From Eledone cirrhosa (taxonomy: Eukaryota), in NCBI GenBank assembly GCA_964016885.1, contig OZ024740.1:28954001-29018000 (forward strand): a DNA stretch of 64,000 nucleotides, in the 5' to 3' direction. The notes below the pieces were generated by a model, which was not told where the DNA came from, searched no databases, and was given only the letters and a program-made list of their open reading frames with translations. This document shows, one piece after another, positions 38,921-52,207 of this stretch. The translations under genes and the position numbers were made by a program. Position 1 is the stretch's first letter. The number at the start of each line of letters is the position of its first letter.

Positions 38921-40984
38921 ATGGCTACGAAAAAGAATTTTCATAGGTCACTCCCACTCATTCCGTCTTCTTCTTCCTCAATCGTCACTACAGCAGAGAG
39001 AAGATTGTCTCTCTCCCTCCCTTCTCTTTCGCAAGCGACGACAGAAAAGAAAAGTCTCGTGCAAAGCGTGCAAGATTTCTCCACGACGACGACGACAACG
39101 ACGAAACAGGTGTGCGGGAAATACGAAAACCCATTTCATTCGTCTGACGTGAGGAATAATAGCAGTAGCAGCCGTAATAACAGCAGCAACAGTGACAATG
39201 AAAACAACAGTAGCAGCCGCAACAGCATCAGCAGCAGCATAAACAACAACAGCATTAGCAGCAGCAACAACAACAACAACCACAGCAACAGCGGCGGCGG
39301 CAGTAGTCGTAGTACCTGCAGCAACAACAAAAGTAACAGCAGCTCTGACGACAACAACAACCACAACAGCAGCAAAGAAAAACCAATCTCGTTTGCAGGT
39401 ATCGCGAAGAACCTGGAAACAATCCACATAACAAATGAGGAATTAGAAGAAACGAAGAAGATGGTGACAAAAACTCGACACCGAGCAATCTGCAAGGCAG
39501 CGGAAAATTTTTTCGAAACCCAACAGCACTGTATGGTCACGTACCGTACAGTAAGTACAAAATCCCGTAGGGTTGAAAGAGCCACAGAGGCTCAAATACA
39601 AAAAGCATTGGGGTCTGTGTGGCAGCGGAAAACGCACATCACCCGAGGCAAGAAATATGCCACCGTAGACGTACTTTTTGCCACACCCCAGGAGGAAAAC
39701 GCTCAAACCTTAGTGACCCTAAGGAGCGAGGAAATGGTGTTGGTGCCCTCCTACTGCGGACAAAAAATTGTGAGGGTCAAACTGACCCACGTCCCCCCAA
39801 GCCGCGTCTGTTCTCGTCGGAATCGAGGACAAAACAACTGTACTGCAAGTGCAGAAAAAAGTAAGAGAAGATTGGGTCGGCACCTCCATTGAGATGTTAA
39901 TCCAAACCAACCAGGAGTGCATCGAAGCTATCCCGGATGTGATAGGCTTCGATAACGGCACTCAACTGCCCATAAGTGTTGAGGGCAAACGCCCGAAATG
40001 CTTTCGCTGTGGATAGAAGACTCACCTCAGGGCCTTCTGCAACGAGAAGACCCTGAGAAAGGAGAAAACCCCCCTCCTTCCGAAACCGGCTTCACGGCTA
40101 CCAGCAACAGGACAAGCGGCAACCAGGAACGATAGGTCCGTGGCACCCATACCCACGCCACGGAAATCAAAAACAGCAGCAGCAGTGGAAGTATTAACAA
40201 CGACAACAGCAATACCAAATGCAGCTGCAACAGAGACTCCAGTGCAAACATCACCAACAACAACAAATGAAAGAGTGGAGCCTTACCCCTCCCCGACCTC
40301 ACAGAATCAGACATGGAGTGTGAGGTGGGAGAGGGATGGCAAAAGGTCGTAAGAAGGCACAAACGCAGAAGCAGCGCATCGTCGCCTTTGAAAAGGGAGG
40401 AAAGAAATGAAAAAAGGGTAAAGTCTACTGCAAAGAGACTCACAGCAGCAACACCACCAAGACCATCACCACCCACACTAGCACCACCATCACCACCGGC
40501 GACAACCCCACCGCCAACAACAACAACACCTTCAACACCACCACCACAAGCACCAACATCGCAAACACAACAACAAAACACACACACCCAGCAAAAACGA
40601 CAAGAAAATAGCAGAACCACACCTCACCCCCAGAAAGTCAAATGCACAGCAATAAATACACACAACAAGAAACTAATGACTTACATAATTGAACACACAG
40701 ACATTTCACAACACGACTACATAATACCAGCACCAATCAAAACGCCAACTAACATAAGACTGCTAAAAATAGCACAGAAACAATACACAAACATTAAAAC
40801 GAAATTCCCCAACGCAGTTGGTGATTTCAGAGACCTAGGAGGAACTATCAACCCAAGAGTATATTCGGACATACTCATAGAAGAGCCGACGACCAGCCGA
40901 AGGGACGATTCAACGGTCACTTCACCAGACGATCAAGTGAAAAGGGATGTAAAAACCATCCCTCCTCTACGAAAAGTACGGTAA
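38921..40984 (+). pseudogene. Tx1 ORF1 (disrupted)
   Basis: MATKK start, SFA.IA, V.YRTVS, zinc knuckle remnant EGKRPKCFRCG near 39980; homologous to ORF1 at 23-24 kb and 57-59 kb. Confidence 0.85.
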
Positions 40985-41017
40985 GTGGTCTTTCCATCTT
41001 TTCCACTCTATTTTAAA

Positions 41018-44000
41018 CATGACCTCACCCAGAATAGGCAGCATAAATGCGCGTGGCTTGGGGTCGTCATGGAAGCAGGGTCACCTGCTCAACGACCTCA
41101 GGTAACTAAACATAGATGTAGTGGACATCAGCGAGACCAGAATCTCCGAAGCACGGCCTTCGCACCGATCTTCGGCGGCTACGATGTGTACGCATCTCCC
41201 AGCCGTCCTGGATCGGAGGGAGGAGTTGCTGTGGTTTTTCGGAGAGGTTTGGATCTCGCCATACGGGCCATCTTCCTGGACCCAGAGGGTAAGTTGGTGG
41301 TGCTGGACGTGACCGGCGGAGATGGGAAAGCTTTCAGGCTAGTGGCCGTCTATACCCCGACAGGAGCAGGGCGGCCTGATTTCTTCCGGCGTCTGGAGAC
41401 CTTTATTGGAACGTCCCGCTCTTTAGTGTTAATGGGCGACTGGAACGGGATCTTAGATGCACGCTGGGACTGTGTGGGATTAGAGGATAGGGGTGGAGGG
41501 TGCAAGAGCCTCACCAACCTGCTCAGGCGTTTTGAACTGTCTGACAGGTACCGATTGGATTTCCCGAATGTGCCAATGTGGACTTGGACAAATCGCATAG
41601 GGTCATCCAGATCATATCTAGATAGAGTATTTTGTAGGGAAATAGATAGGTCTAGCATAGGCTGTCCACAATTCAAGATAGTCAGCTACACGGACCACAA
41701 ATTCGTGATCTGTGTGCTTGACTTAGATAGGCTTCATAGACGAGGACCCGGTTACTGGAAGCTAAACGCGTCCTTACCAGCGCGCAAGGCCTACAGAGAC
41801 CGGATTAGCGAACTAGTTAAGCGGGCGTTGACGGGGGCCATCGTCAACAACAAGTGGTGGTTTGCTCTGAAAAGAGCCATTAGAATAGAATCCATTAGGT
41901 TTAGTAAGGCTTTAGCAATAGAGAAAAATAGAGCAGGGGGAGAACTAGTTAGAAAATTAGACGAGGCGCTTAGCAAAGGCATTGCGACCGACGTGCTTGC
42001 GGCGAAATTGGCCCTTGACCAATTCTTGAATGCAAAGCACGAAGGCTGCGTTGTCAGAGCAAGGGTGCGTGCTCTCAGACACGAGGGGACGAAAACCGTT
42101 CAATGGGCCCGAGTGGCGGAGGCGCGTCGTGGGAACAAAGCCACGATCCGGTCTTTGGTGGACCACGACGGGCGCATGCTACTCGATCCCGGGCAAATGT
42201 GTGAAGCTTTTCAGCGACACTTCGCTCAGCTGTTCGGGGGCAGCGGTGGGCCGGGTCGAGGGATGGACTTTAGTGTCTACCTCGAAGGACTGCCGCGGCT
42301 CTCGGCCACTGAGGCGAAGTGTTGCGAAAGGCCGATAACAGCCGCTGAAGTAAGGGAGGAAATGACTGGCTGCACAAGTGGGAAATCGCCTGGTTTGGTT
42401 GGTCTGCCCTATGAACTTTACGTACAGATGCCAGACTTGTTCGGAGGCCTCTTGGCGGACGTCTACTGTAACTGGCAACAGAACGGGAGAAATCCCAGTT
42501 CTGTGAGCCGAGGAGCGGTGGCACTGCTGAGAAAGGATCCGAACAAGGGTGATAACATAGATAATTTCCGGCCCATAACACTGCTAAACACAGAGTTCAA
42601 GATTTTGGCCAAGGTGCTAGCAAAGATGTTGGCGCTTGTCGTTGGTGGTCTGGTGGGAGAGGCACAGACATGCGCCATTCCCGACAGATCCATCCACGAC
42701 AACCTCCACCTCATGCGATACATCGTAGAGAGGGTAGCTACGGAACCTGGCACGGGTGGGGCCTTGATCAATTTAGATCAGTCGAAAGCTTTCGATAGGG
42801 TCGACCATCGTTACCTAGCGGCAGTCCTGAGGGCGGCTGGCTTTGGGCCCGTCTTCAGGGGCTGGATCGCTGCCATGCACATCGACATCTGCTCTGTGGT
42901 GAGAGTGAACGGTCACCTGTCGGAACCGTTCAGCATCATGCGCTCAGTCCGCCAAGGAAGTCCGCTCTCGTCCCTCTTGTACGTATTGACTCTCGAGCCA
43001 TTAGTGCACAAACTGGAGACGTTGAGGGGCATCCCGCGCGAACTAGGATGCGGAAGATCCGTGTCAGCATATGCGGACGATGTCACCGTAGTGGTGTCGA
43101 ACGCCAAACTCATCGAGGCGATCGGCACTACACTAAGAGAATACGAAGCGGTGACAGGAGCAATGATCAACCAGGAAAAGTCAGTGGGCCTGCAGCTCGG
43201 CACCTGGAGAGGCAGGTCCATGCCGTCCAACAGCGTCGTCGGACGCTGGACCGACGGACCGGCTAAATTGCTAGGGGTCTGGTTCGGTCCGGACCTCCAG
43301 ACGGACAAAAACTGGGACGAGGTGACGAGCAGGTTGGCTTCTCTCACCCAGAAATGGGCGGAGAGGAAGCTATCCCTGAAAGGTCGAGCGTACATCGCGT
43401 CTGTCATCTGCTACCGCCTGACCGTCGTACCTTGTCCTAAGCCTCGCCTGACTGCGCTGGAGCGTTTGCTCTTTCGCTTTTTGTAGAAGGGACGCGCTCC
43501 GATGGTCAGGTGGTCTATCTGTTGTCAACACCCGCTACGTGGAGGGCTGGGCATGCCGTGGCTGATGATGCGCAGGCACGCGCTCAGGCTACGACCTCTC
43601 CACCTCTTCCTCGACGGTAATCACGTGTGGTCACCGTTTGCTAGACACGTATTTCCCCAGCTCGTTTCCTTGACGGAGCTGCAGTCCTGGGTCAAGCGAA
43701 GACCGAGAAGGAGCGCCTGGAGACTGGAATGTCTTCAGGCGCTCACAGCCCTCGACCAATCGGGCAATGTGATCGGTGGAAACTCCACCTCGGCGTTCTA
43801 TAGAGGATTAGTGGAGGGGAAGAGCGACGACGTACTTGGGGAAACTCTAGGCGTCGACGAAAATCAACTAGCCAATCTCTTCGGAAGAACTTTCGGGCCA
43901 GGGCCTATGGACAACTTCCAGAAATCTCTGGCCTGGCAGAGCTACTGAGGAGCCTTACCAGTTCGGGATAAACTCTACAGGCATGGAGGTGCCGTCAGCC

Positions 44001-44384
44001 GGGCATGCCCGAGATGCGCGCAGGGCGACGACAATTGCTGACTTGTGGGTTTATGTCGAACACCTGCTGTCGCGTTTAGGACGGATCCGGCTATCATCTG
44101 AGTCCATCGTGAGGATTGCCCCGCCCTCCTCCTTTAGCCGGGAAGTGCAGGCAGTTTTTATCTGTCTGGTGGCCATGGCGAAAGAGATAGTATGGTGGAC
44201 ACGTCTGAAAGGGCTGAAGACGAGCACTTACATCTTCGGTGATGCTCTGATTGACTTTTTCAAATTTCATTTGAAAAGGAAAATCAGAGTAGAGAGGGAA
44301 GTGCTCTCTTCCCAGCATTTTGTTGAAAGATGGGTGAGAGAAGCAAGAATGGCCCGAGTGAATGGGCCTACTCTGAGTATATAA
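41018..44384 (+). pseudogene. Tx1 ORF2: APE endonuclease plus reverse transcriptase, several stops/frameshifts
   Basis: GDWN, SYLDR, TDHK, GPGYWKLN, KSPG..GLPYE, NFRPITLLN, LDQSKAFDRV, SVRQG, YADD. Confidence 0.95.
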
Positions 44385-44659
44385 CTGTAAATTAAAGGTG
44401 GAAAACTGGGAGAGGGCACTTGCCTTGGTGGTCAGGGTCATTGTGGCCTTTTACTGGGCTTTCTCCACAAATGTCCCTCCGAAGATTGGGAAATTTTTCA
44501 TTGTTATTTTTTGTTACATCCTCTGTTTTTTGTTTTTTACACGCAGAAATGCCCATTTGTACCGTCCTGTATTGTCCTGCACTGTCCTTAATGTCTACTT
44601 TATGTAAACCCTTGTGGTTAATAAAGAAATCATTATTATTATTATTATTATTATTTTTA

Positions 44660-45350
44660 TTATTCTTTGAGTCTCAGTCATTGATGTTATTTAACTGGAA
44701 AGTTTGTTGAAATGTATATAAAGCCGCTACCTGCAGCCTCAGATATTCAGGACGTATCGGAGGGTTCTTGCTGTTCCCAGCAAGCATGCCTTTTGAAGTG
44801 TTCCAAAAAGCGGGGCGGGACCAATTTTCTTTAACCATCCTTGGAAACTCTCTGAGATAGTCCCTAGTACACCTATGACAATCGGGACCACTTTGACTTT
44901 ATGGCAGTTCCAAATCCTTTTTACCTCCCACTTTAAGTCCTGGTATCGGTTAATTTTCTCCCTCTCCTTCTCTTGCACTATCGTATCGAATGGGCAGGCC
45001 ACATCCACAATCAGACACGATCTTTTTTCCTTGTCCAAAATCACAATGTCAGGTCTATTGTGTTCCAGTTTCTTGGCCGTCTGTATCCTAAAATCCTACA
45101 GCACCTTCACCTGTTCGTTTTCTATCACCGACTCTGGCTTATGCCCATACCACTTCTCAGAATGTGGTAAATTGTTTACTTTGCATAGATGCCAGTGGAT
45201 CACCCTGCCCATCACATCATGTCTCCAGCCTTTATAGTGAGTCTGGGCTAGGTGATTACACGCGGATACAATGTGAGCCACAGTCTCCTCTCTCTATCCA
45301 CAGATCCTGCACAGTAGGCTAGCCTCCTCCTTGTAAATATGGTGTTTTAA
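44660..45350 (-). mobile_element. R4/Dong-like RLE non-LTR retrotransposon, truncated copy 1, (TAA)n tail
   Basis: CCHC (C..C..ETVAHIVSAC), RHD, NRPDI..DK..IVDVACP.D..EK..RYQDL. Confidence 0.88.
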
Positions 45351-45377
45351 ATATTATTATTATTATTATTATTTTTA

Positions 45378-46318
45378 TTGTTCTTTGAGTCTCAGTCATT
45401 GATGTTAGTTAACTGGAAAGTTTGTTGAAATGAATATCAAGCCACTATCTGCAGCCTCAGACATTCAGGACGTATCGGAGTGTCCTTGCTATTCCCAGCA
45501 AGCATGTCTTTTGAAGTGTTCCAAAAAGCGGGGCGGGGCCAATTTTCTTTAACCCTCCCTGGAAACTTTTTGAGATAGTACCTAGTGCACCTCTGACAAT
45601 CGGGACCACTTTGACTTCATGGCAGTTCCAAATCCTTTTTACCTCCCACTTTAAGTCCTGGTATCGGTTAATTTTCTCCCTCTCCTTCTCTTGCACTATC
45701 GTATCGAATGGGCAGGCCACATCCACAATCAGGCACGATCTTTTTTCCTTGTCCAAAACCACCAGGTCAGGTCTATTGTGTTCCAGTTTCTTGTCCGTCT
45801 GTATCCTAAAATCCCATAGCAACTTCACCTGATAGTTTTCTATCACCGACACTGGCTTATGCTCATACCACTTCTCAGAATGTGGTAAATTGTTTACTTT
45901 GCATAGGTGCCAGTGGATCACCTTGCCCATCACATCATGTCTCCAGCCTTTATAGTGAGTCTGGGCTAGGTGTTTACACTCGGATACAATGTGAGCCACA
46001 GTCTCCTCTCTCTCTCCACAGATCCTGCACAGTGGGATAGCCTCCTCTTTGTAAATATGGTGTTTCAGCCACTTCGTTTTGAGGGCCTGCTCTTGCGCAG
46101 CCAATATCATTCCTTCTGTAGCCTTTTTAAGGTCTCCTCTTCTCAACCAGTTCCATGTCTGTGGATCTCTGAATTCCGTTTTCTCAAAGAAGGTAATATG
46201 AAGGGATTTTTCATGAAGGTTGCTCTTTCTCCTTGTTGTTATTTCCTCCTTGGACATCCCCTGGTCTATTGTCCTCTCCTTCAGTACAATTCTGAGCATT
46301 GGCTCCTTACTATGATCT
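45378..46318 (-). mobile_element. R4/Dong-like RLE retrotransposon, truncated copy 2, (TAA)n tail
   Basis: ORF 45457-46326: AAQEQAL, CRICGEREETVAHIVSEC, RHD, LWDF.IQTD, NRPDLVV. Confidence 0.9.
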
Positions 46319-46320
46319 GT

Positions 46321-46830
46321 GTTCAAATCCCGCCGAGGTTAACTTTGCCTGTCATCCTTACGGCACGATAAAATAAGGTACCAGTAATGTACTGGGTAAT
46401 TGCTGGCTTTGTTCTTAACCCAAAAACCATTAAAAGCTCGGTGCAATGGTAGAATTGGTAGAGCTTCGGACAACATGAGACACAGAGTTAAGTACCTCTA
46501 TGTTCTGAGTTCAAATCCCGCCGGGGTTATCAATGCCTTTCATCCATACGGAGTCGATAAAATAATTGTTTCTACGTTTGGCACAAGGCCAGCAATTACT
46601 CAGTACATTACTGGTACTTTATTTTATCGACCCAATACGTATGAAAGGCAAAGTTAACCTCGATAGGATTTGAACTCAGACCGTAAAGGGTTGTAACTCT
46701 TTGCTGTAAAGTATGGCGTCCAACCCTCTACCGATACTGCTAATTAATGTACCAGTCACGTAATCGGGTCGATTTAATCGACTTTCCCCTCATCCCGAAT
46801 TGTTGGCCCTGTGCCTCAATCAGAAGCCAT
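46321..46830. mobile_element. SINE cluster: headless plus copy (46321-46432) and an older plus copy (~46440-46830) interrupted by a minus copy (~46563-46742)
   Basis: The plus copy breaks after GTCGATAAAAT and resumes at TAATGTACCAGTC. Confidence 0.8.
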
Positions 46831-47707
46831 TATAGTTAGTAGCAGAAAAGCCACCCTCGTTTTCTGCTAGCATGTGTAGTATGTATATTGATATTATATG
46901 CAAGTATATATACATGTAGATATGATACATCAAATAACATCGTAATTGACAATATGCACAGAAATTGAACGAAGACTACGTTACACTGTCTTATGTAATC
47001 AGTAACGTTATCCATGATACATTAAAAAAGACAATATTATATATAAACTGCATTCGGAGAAAATTAGTGACGGAAATACATGAATGTTTATTTAAGCGAT
47101 CGCTAACCGGAAGTGTTGACATTTGAACATTTTAAAGAAGTGAATCTTTAAATAAACAATAAAATATATTTAATCAACAGCTACGAAATTTAGTAGATAA
47201 ATTATGTAATATTCATTCATTATTTATTCAAAGTAATCCAACTTATTTTACTAATGGGATAAAAAATGATAAACCGTACGCAGTCCCGCACTCCTTACTT
47301 TATTATAGTTTAGATTATTTGCTTGTCATCTTAATGCTCCCTCATCCCGAACGGATCGGATTAGATTCCAGAGATAAATTACAGACATTATCCAAGTATA
47401 TACAACTAACGGAATCCGAATAATCTCATATTCGTGCTACCCCCAGAGACTGGAATGCATTCACAAATTGGCAGTTTGCTTTTATGAACAACCATGTAGC
47501 AGGAGAAGGTCTTCCGGTAACAGGTTTTTTTTCGTGACTACGTTTCACAAGCAGTCAGCTGGTGTACCTGCTTTCTTAATTGACGTACCTCCGTCATCAT
47601 ATTATGGTCCTTCTTGTCATATGACATATGCACAATATTTAGAGGGGTAGGTCGAGATTGGTGAGCCAGGCCAAGGTGTCATTTGCAGCATTATTGATTA
47701 GTAGATG

Positions 47708-47895
47708 GCGGTGGATTGGCAGTATCGGTAGAGGGTCGGACGCCATACTTTGACGTATAGAGTTGCGGCGCTCGCCATTCAGAGTTCAAATCCCGCCGAG
47801 GTTAACTTTGCCTTTCATCCTTACGGGGTCGATAAAATAAAGTACCAGTTATGCACTGGGTAATTGCTGGCCTTGTGCCAAAAGTAGAAACAATT
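47708..47895 (+). mobile_element. Full-length tRNA-derived SINE
   Basis: GGCGGTGGATTGGCAGTATCGG...GAGTTCAAATCC...GTAGAAACAATTA; partial TSD ATTATTGAT. Confidence 0.93.
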
Positions 47896-48206
47896 ATTGA
47901 TAAGCTCCATACCGTCTGGGACGCATCCCGAACAAAATGTACATTGCTCGATATTTTGGAACAGACAACTATCGCAACAACTTGATGATCTAAACAAATA
48001 CACCGGTGTCAACAGTATGTATGTTTTACTAGGTTTTGGTCCAATAAACTAATCCGGTGTCTTCCTAACAAATGTGCCTACGTAATCACATTTTTGGTCA
48101 ATCAGCCACTTAAACCACTCTTATATTAACGGGTGCCTCCCATCGTACAGAAGAAGCGTTAACACAGCGGAGCTTACCAAATGTAATTATTGTAATGTCC
48201 ATCCAA

Positions 48207-48513
48207 CAGGGTTGGATTTAGACCTTCGAGGCCCAGGGCACCTCAGGTTTGGGGAGCCCCTCATATATAAAAATTAGAAAATATAGCCCCCCACCCCCAC
48301 CGCAATTTTACATAACAAAGTTAGCTTGGCGCAAGTAATAGGAATTGAACAGTTATACATACAGGTATTAAATTCAATAATCCTAACCCTCCTAAAACAA
48401 AAAAGCACAGCTGGGGGCACAAATAAATTGCTACGGCCGTCGCTGGTGAGGCCCCAATCTGTAAGGGCCCCGAAGCAATTTCTCCCCCCCCCCCACACAC
48501 TACATCCGGCACT
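48207..48513. mobile_element. Possible decayed hAT-like MITE
   Basis: Ends CAGGGTTGGATTTAG / TACATCCGGCACTA resemble CAGGGCCGGATTTA-type TIRs, with subterminal GGCCC motifs. Confidence 0.35.
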
Positions 48514-48934
48514 AACGTCCAGCCTGCAACCCAATCGAGAGAGATGAAGGTAGTTGACATATCCTAGAGGTGTGGGAAAAGAACTTCGAGGACCAACCGC
48601 CACAGCAAAGGTAGAAATAATCACAAATTTCCAGCCAATCGTCGTGGTAGTGATTTCCACAGCACTTATAGCAACAATTCAGCCATGAAATAATACATAA
48701 ATTTTACATGGAGCCTAAATATCCCCTGTACAAGTCCTACAATTCCCATGCGTTACCTCTTAATAAAGCCATCGATAAGTTGCTATTCAACGGGATGTCC
48801 ACCTCGTGATTTTCTACACCAGGATGGTACCCAGCTGAGGGACCCGGGAAATATATATTCAGCAACGATCAGCAACTTCACTGAAGTTGAAAGTGACTGT
48901 CATAGCCAATCTTACAACGCCAATCATCTCAGGC

Positions 48935-50060
48935 TTCTTCTTCTTCTTCTTCTTCTTCTTCTTCTTCTTCTTCTTCTTCTTCTTCTTCTTGCGAGAGTCG
49001 TGGGGGCAAGGTCCTCAAAAACTCTTTTCAGCGACTCTTGTCAGAAGCAACCGCCTCCAGTTAATCCAGCTGGATTTCCAAGTGTGACCAGCCAAGCTCA
49101 TGGATGTTTTCCAACTACTTTGATTATGGTTATCCTCTGATTCACCTGCCGGTTGGTTTTGCGCGTAAAATCTATTCAGCGATTCTTTCCTGAGGCATTC
49201 TAACAACATGCCTGTAGAATCGGGGCTGTGATCTCTCAATTTGGAGGAGTAGTGGCACTACCTGGAGTGACTCTCTGATCACCGAGACACGAACTCTATC
49301 GAGTAACGTTGACTCATAACCAAAGATTCATAACCATAAGGGTTGGAACGAATACCGAATTGAAGATAGGGAGTTTGGCCTTTTACGCCTAGCTCTCCTT
49401 TTCTGATTAATGAATGCTGAAGCTGGCGCATTACTGCAGAGGCACCTGCAATTATTGCGCTTAATTCGGCCTCCTGCTTTCCATAACTCATAAACACGGT
49501 CCCGAGATACTTGAACTTCTCTACCTTCTTCAGTGGAACTCCTTTCACATGTAGAGTGCACAATGCAGGCTTCCTTGAGAGGACGAGTGTCTCAGTATTT
49601 GCAGCACTGATTTTCATTTCAGCTATGCAGCACTTCGCATCAAACCTATCAAGTGCCCGTCATAGGTCACCTCCTGACGAGTTAAGTAATACAATGTCAT
49701 CTGGAAATTCCAGCGGACTGATCTTACTCCTGTCAGTCGAGATACCCCTTCCAGCCCGGCTGCGCGTGTCAATCCTGTTCATGAAAATAACGAACAGGAG
49801 AGGTGACACTACGCACCCTTGGCGGAGTCCGACTCCCACATTGAATGGTTTCGATCTAGCACCATTTATCCGAACGTAAATACTCGGATATTCGTATAGA
49901 GATATCAGTGCAAGAAGAAGCTGACCCTCGATCCCATACACCCATATCACGTTTTACAGCTGGTCCCACGGAACACGGTCATATGCCTGTTCGTAGTCTA
50001 CATAGCAAGAATACACCTCTTGGGAATACTTCAAAGATTTTTCAAAGAACTCCCTCGGTG
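48935..50060 (-). pseudogene. RTE-clade LINE 3' fragment with (GAA)n tail
   Basis: GLRQGCVVSPLLF.IFM, FPDD (FADD variant), KTE.L, VEKFKYLG; (TTC)n at 48935-48990. Confidence 0.85.
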
Positions 50061-50565
50061 TCTATATTTGATCGATGTGACGTATCCTCCTCATGAAATA
50101 AAACTGAAATCAGAGGAGCCCTTCAATCCATCTTACATTTACACCCCCTGAACCACAATCGAGGTTCTGAGAAAAGGTGACTGCATTATCCTCCACTCTA
50201 AGTACATTCAGCATTGGTTCAAAGTACTACATCAAGTCACTCTTGTATATCTGATACGAAGAAGAAATAAAGCATCCATTAGAACCATTATTATCCACCC
50301 GTTTAACAAGAACAGAAATATACATTGTATAGCCCACGTTACACCTTTCATTTAAAAGCCATATTGTTTCTAACATAGGTTCAAGTGCAGAAACAGGAAA
50401 GCAGGGAACAGTCGATAGAATAGACCCTAGTAATTAACTGGCACCTAGATTTGTCAGCACAGAACTGATGACAGGTAAACTTTACCCCTGTAGAGATTCA
50501 AACGAGACAAAAAGAGACTGGAGCAAACAGCTAGGAATTTTTAAGCGCTCTAACGACTTAATAAT

Positions 50566-50751
50566 TGTTTCTACATTTGGCACAAGGCCAGCAATTACCC
50601 AGTGTATTACTGGTACTTTATTTTATCGACCCCATAAGGATGAAAGACAAAGTTAACCTCGGCGGGATTTGAACCCAGAATGGCAAGGGTCGTAACTCTA
50701 TGCGTCAAAGCATGGCGTCCGACCCTCTACCGATACTGCCAAACCACCGCC
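50566..50751 (-). mobile_element. Young SINE with 18-bp TSD, inserted next to or into an older SINE (~50365-50560)
   Basis: CTCTAACGACTTAATAAT at 50548-50565 and 50752-50769. Confidence 0.95.
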
Positions 50752-51231
50752 CTCTAACGACTTAATAATGTAAAATATTTTCTCTCATTAATCGGAAATC
50801 ATTTTCCGAGCGACCGTAAATTCTCTTAACTATTCAATAAAAATATCATTAAGATGAGGTATAGCTGCATGAAAAACAAAATGTCGCTTTTGTTCACAAC
50901 AGATGATTCTGTCATCACCACATCAAAAGAAAAAAGCCGACTGTACATTTTAAGCCTATTTGGAAATCGGGAGTCAAATGGGAAAACACCATCACCTCAT
51001 TGGCAATGTTTGGTAAGGCACAGGCATTTAAAAATAGATCAAAGTGCTTCTTCCTCTGTTTTACAGAAACATTCATACGGTACCTTATCAAAGAGTAAAC
51101 TAATTTATATTTGCCATTGCATGACCAAATTCTACCCCGAGAAATTCAAACAGGATGTCACATCATTATGCATAACTAACGATAACATAACCAAGATAAA
51201 TAAATAAATATATATACATATATATATATGA

Positions 51232-51288
<57 letters not shown>

Positions 51289-51884
51289 AGTGTGTGTATA
51301 TATGTATTTATGTATGTACGTATGTATGTAAATATATATATATATATGTATATATATATATTTCTATGGCTTTGTCTAGTTTATATGTATATACCCTTTA
51401 AATTTTATATATATATATATATATTAGAAAGATCGAGTATCGAAAAATCGGCGCACGAGTTCACGATAAACAAAATTCGAAATGAGCGGCAGAGGGCTCA
51501 ATAATTCAGATGAATCAGAGCTATAACTATCGTTAAAATACCGTCACATATAGAACAAGTCTACAATCAACCATACGATAAAAAATCGATAATAGAAGAT
51601 TCGGGACAAACAGATAAAAAATATCAATAAAACAATACATCAATAATTTAAATGAATGTAAAATCATACCCGGACCCGCTAGAAAGGTGTTAAATCTAGC
51701 TTCATGGGTTTCTGTAAATCCTTAGACTGTACTCTATCAGCTCACATATAAATATAAAAGCCTACTAGAGCAAGAGGAACGGAGTTTACTTTCTCAACGA
51801 GCTTTTTTCCTAGCGGAAAAGGGGCTAACTACCAGTGAAAAACGCACATGGCATTAGACAAGGGAGATAACCTCTATATCCGCG

Positions 51885-51944
<60 letters not shown>

Positions 51945-52032
51945 TGTATGTATGTATGTATATATATATGTATATATATACATGTATGTAACTACGTATA
52001 TATGTATATATATACGTATAGCTAGATAGATA

Positions 52033-52188
52033 AATTTCTTTACTAGCCACAAGGGCACAAAAGAAGGGGACAAATGCAAATGGGGAGTTTACATACAGGT
52101 ATATGAAAATAAAACTTTTAATACAATAACAAATAACAATTGAAATCCCCAATAGGGGGGGGGTATACAGGGGTTGTACACACCCCGA
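52033..52188 (-). mobile_element. Tx1 3'UTR fragment
   Basis: TTTCTTTACTAGCCACAAGGGC..AATCCCCAATAGGGGG homologous to 53249-53380; GATA units on both sides. Confidence 0.8.
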
Positions 52189-52207
52189 CTAGATAGATAG
52201 ATAGATA

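Larger units (their letters stand above)
38718..44631 (+). mobile_element. Near full-length Tx1/L1-clade LINE (~5.9 kb) in a (TTA)n tract
   Basis: 5'UTR, ORF1, ORF2 (APE-RT-zinc finger), 3'UTR with AATAAA and (TTA)n. Confidence 0.95.

Noticed and set aside
44420-44710. ORF3 in the Tx1 3'UTR (also 38449-38751)
   Set aside because: The two copies use different frames internally and run without a stop into the (TTA)n tail
47280-47320. Helitron 5' end (minus strand TCTAAACTATAATAAAG)
   Set aside because: No convincing matching 3' hairpin-CTAG; too short to support
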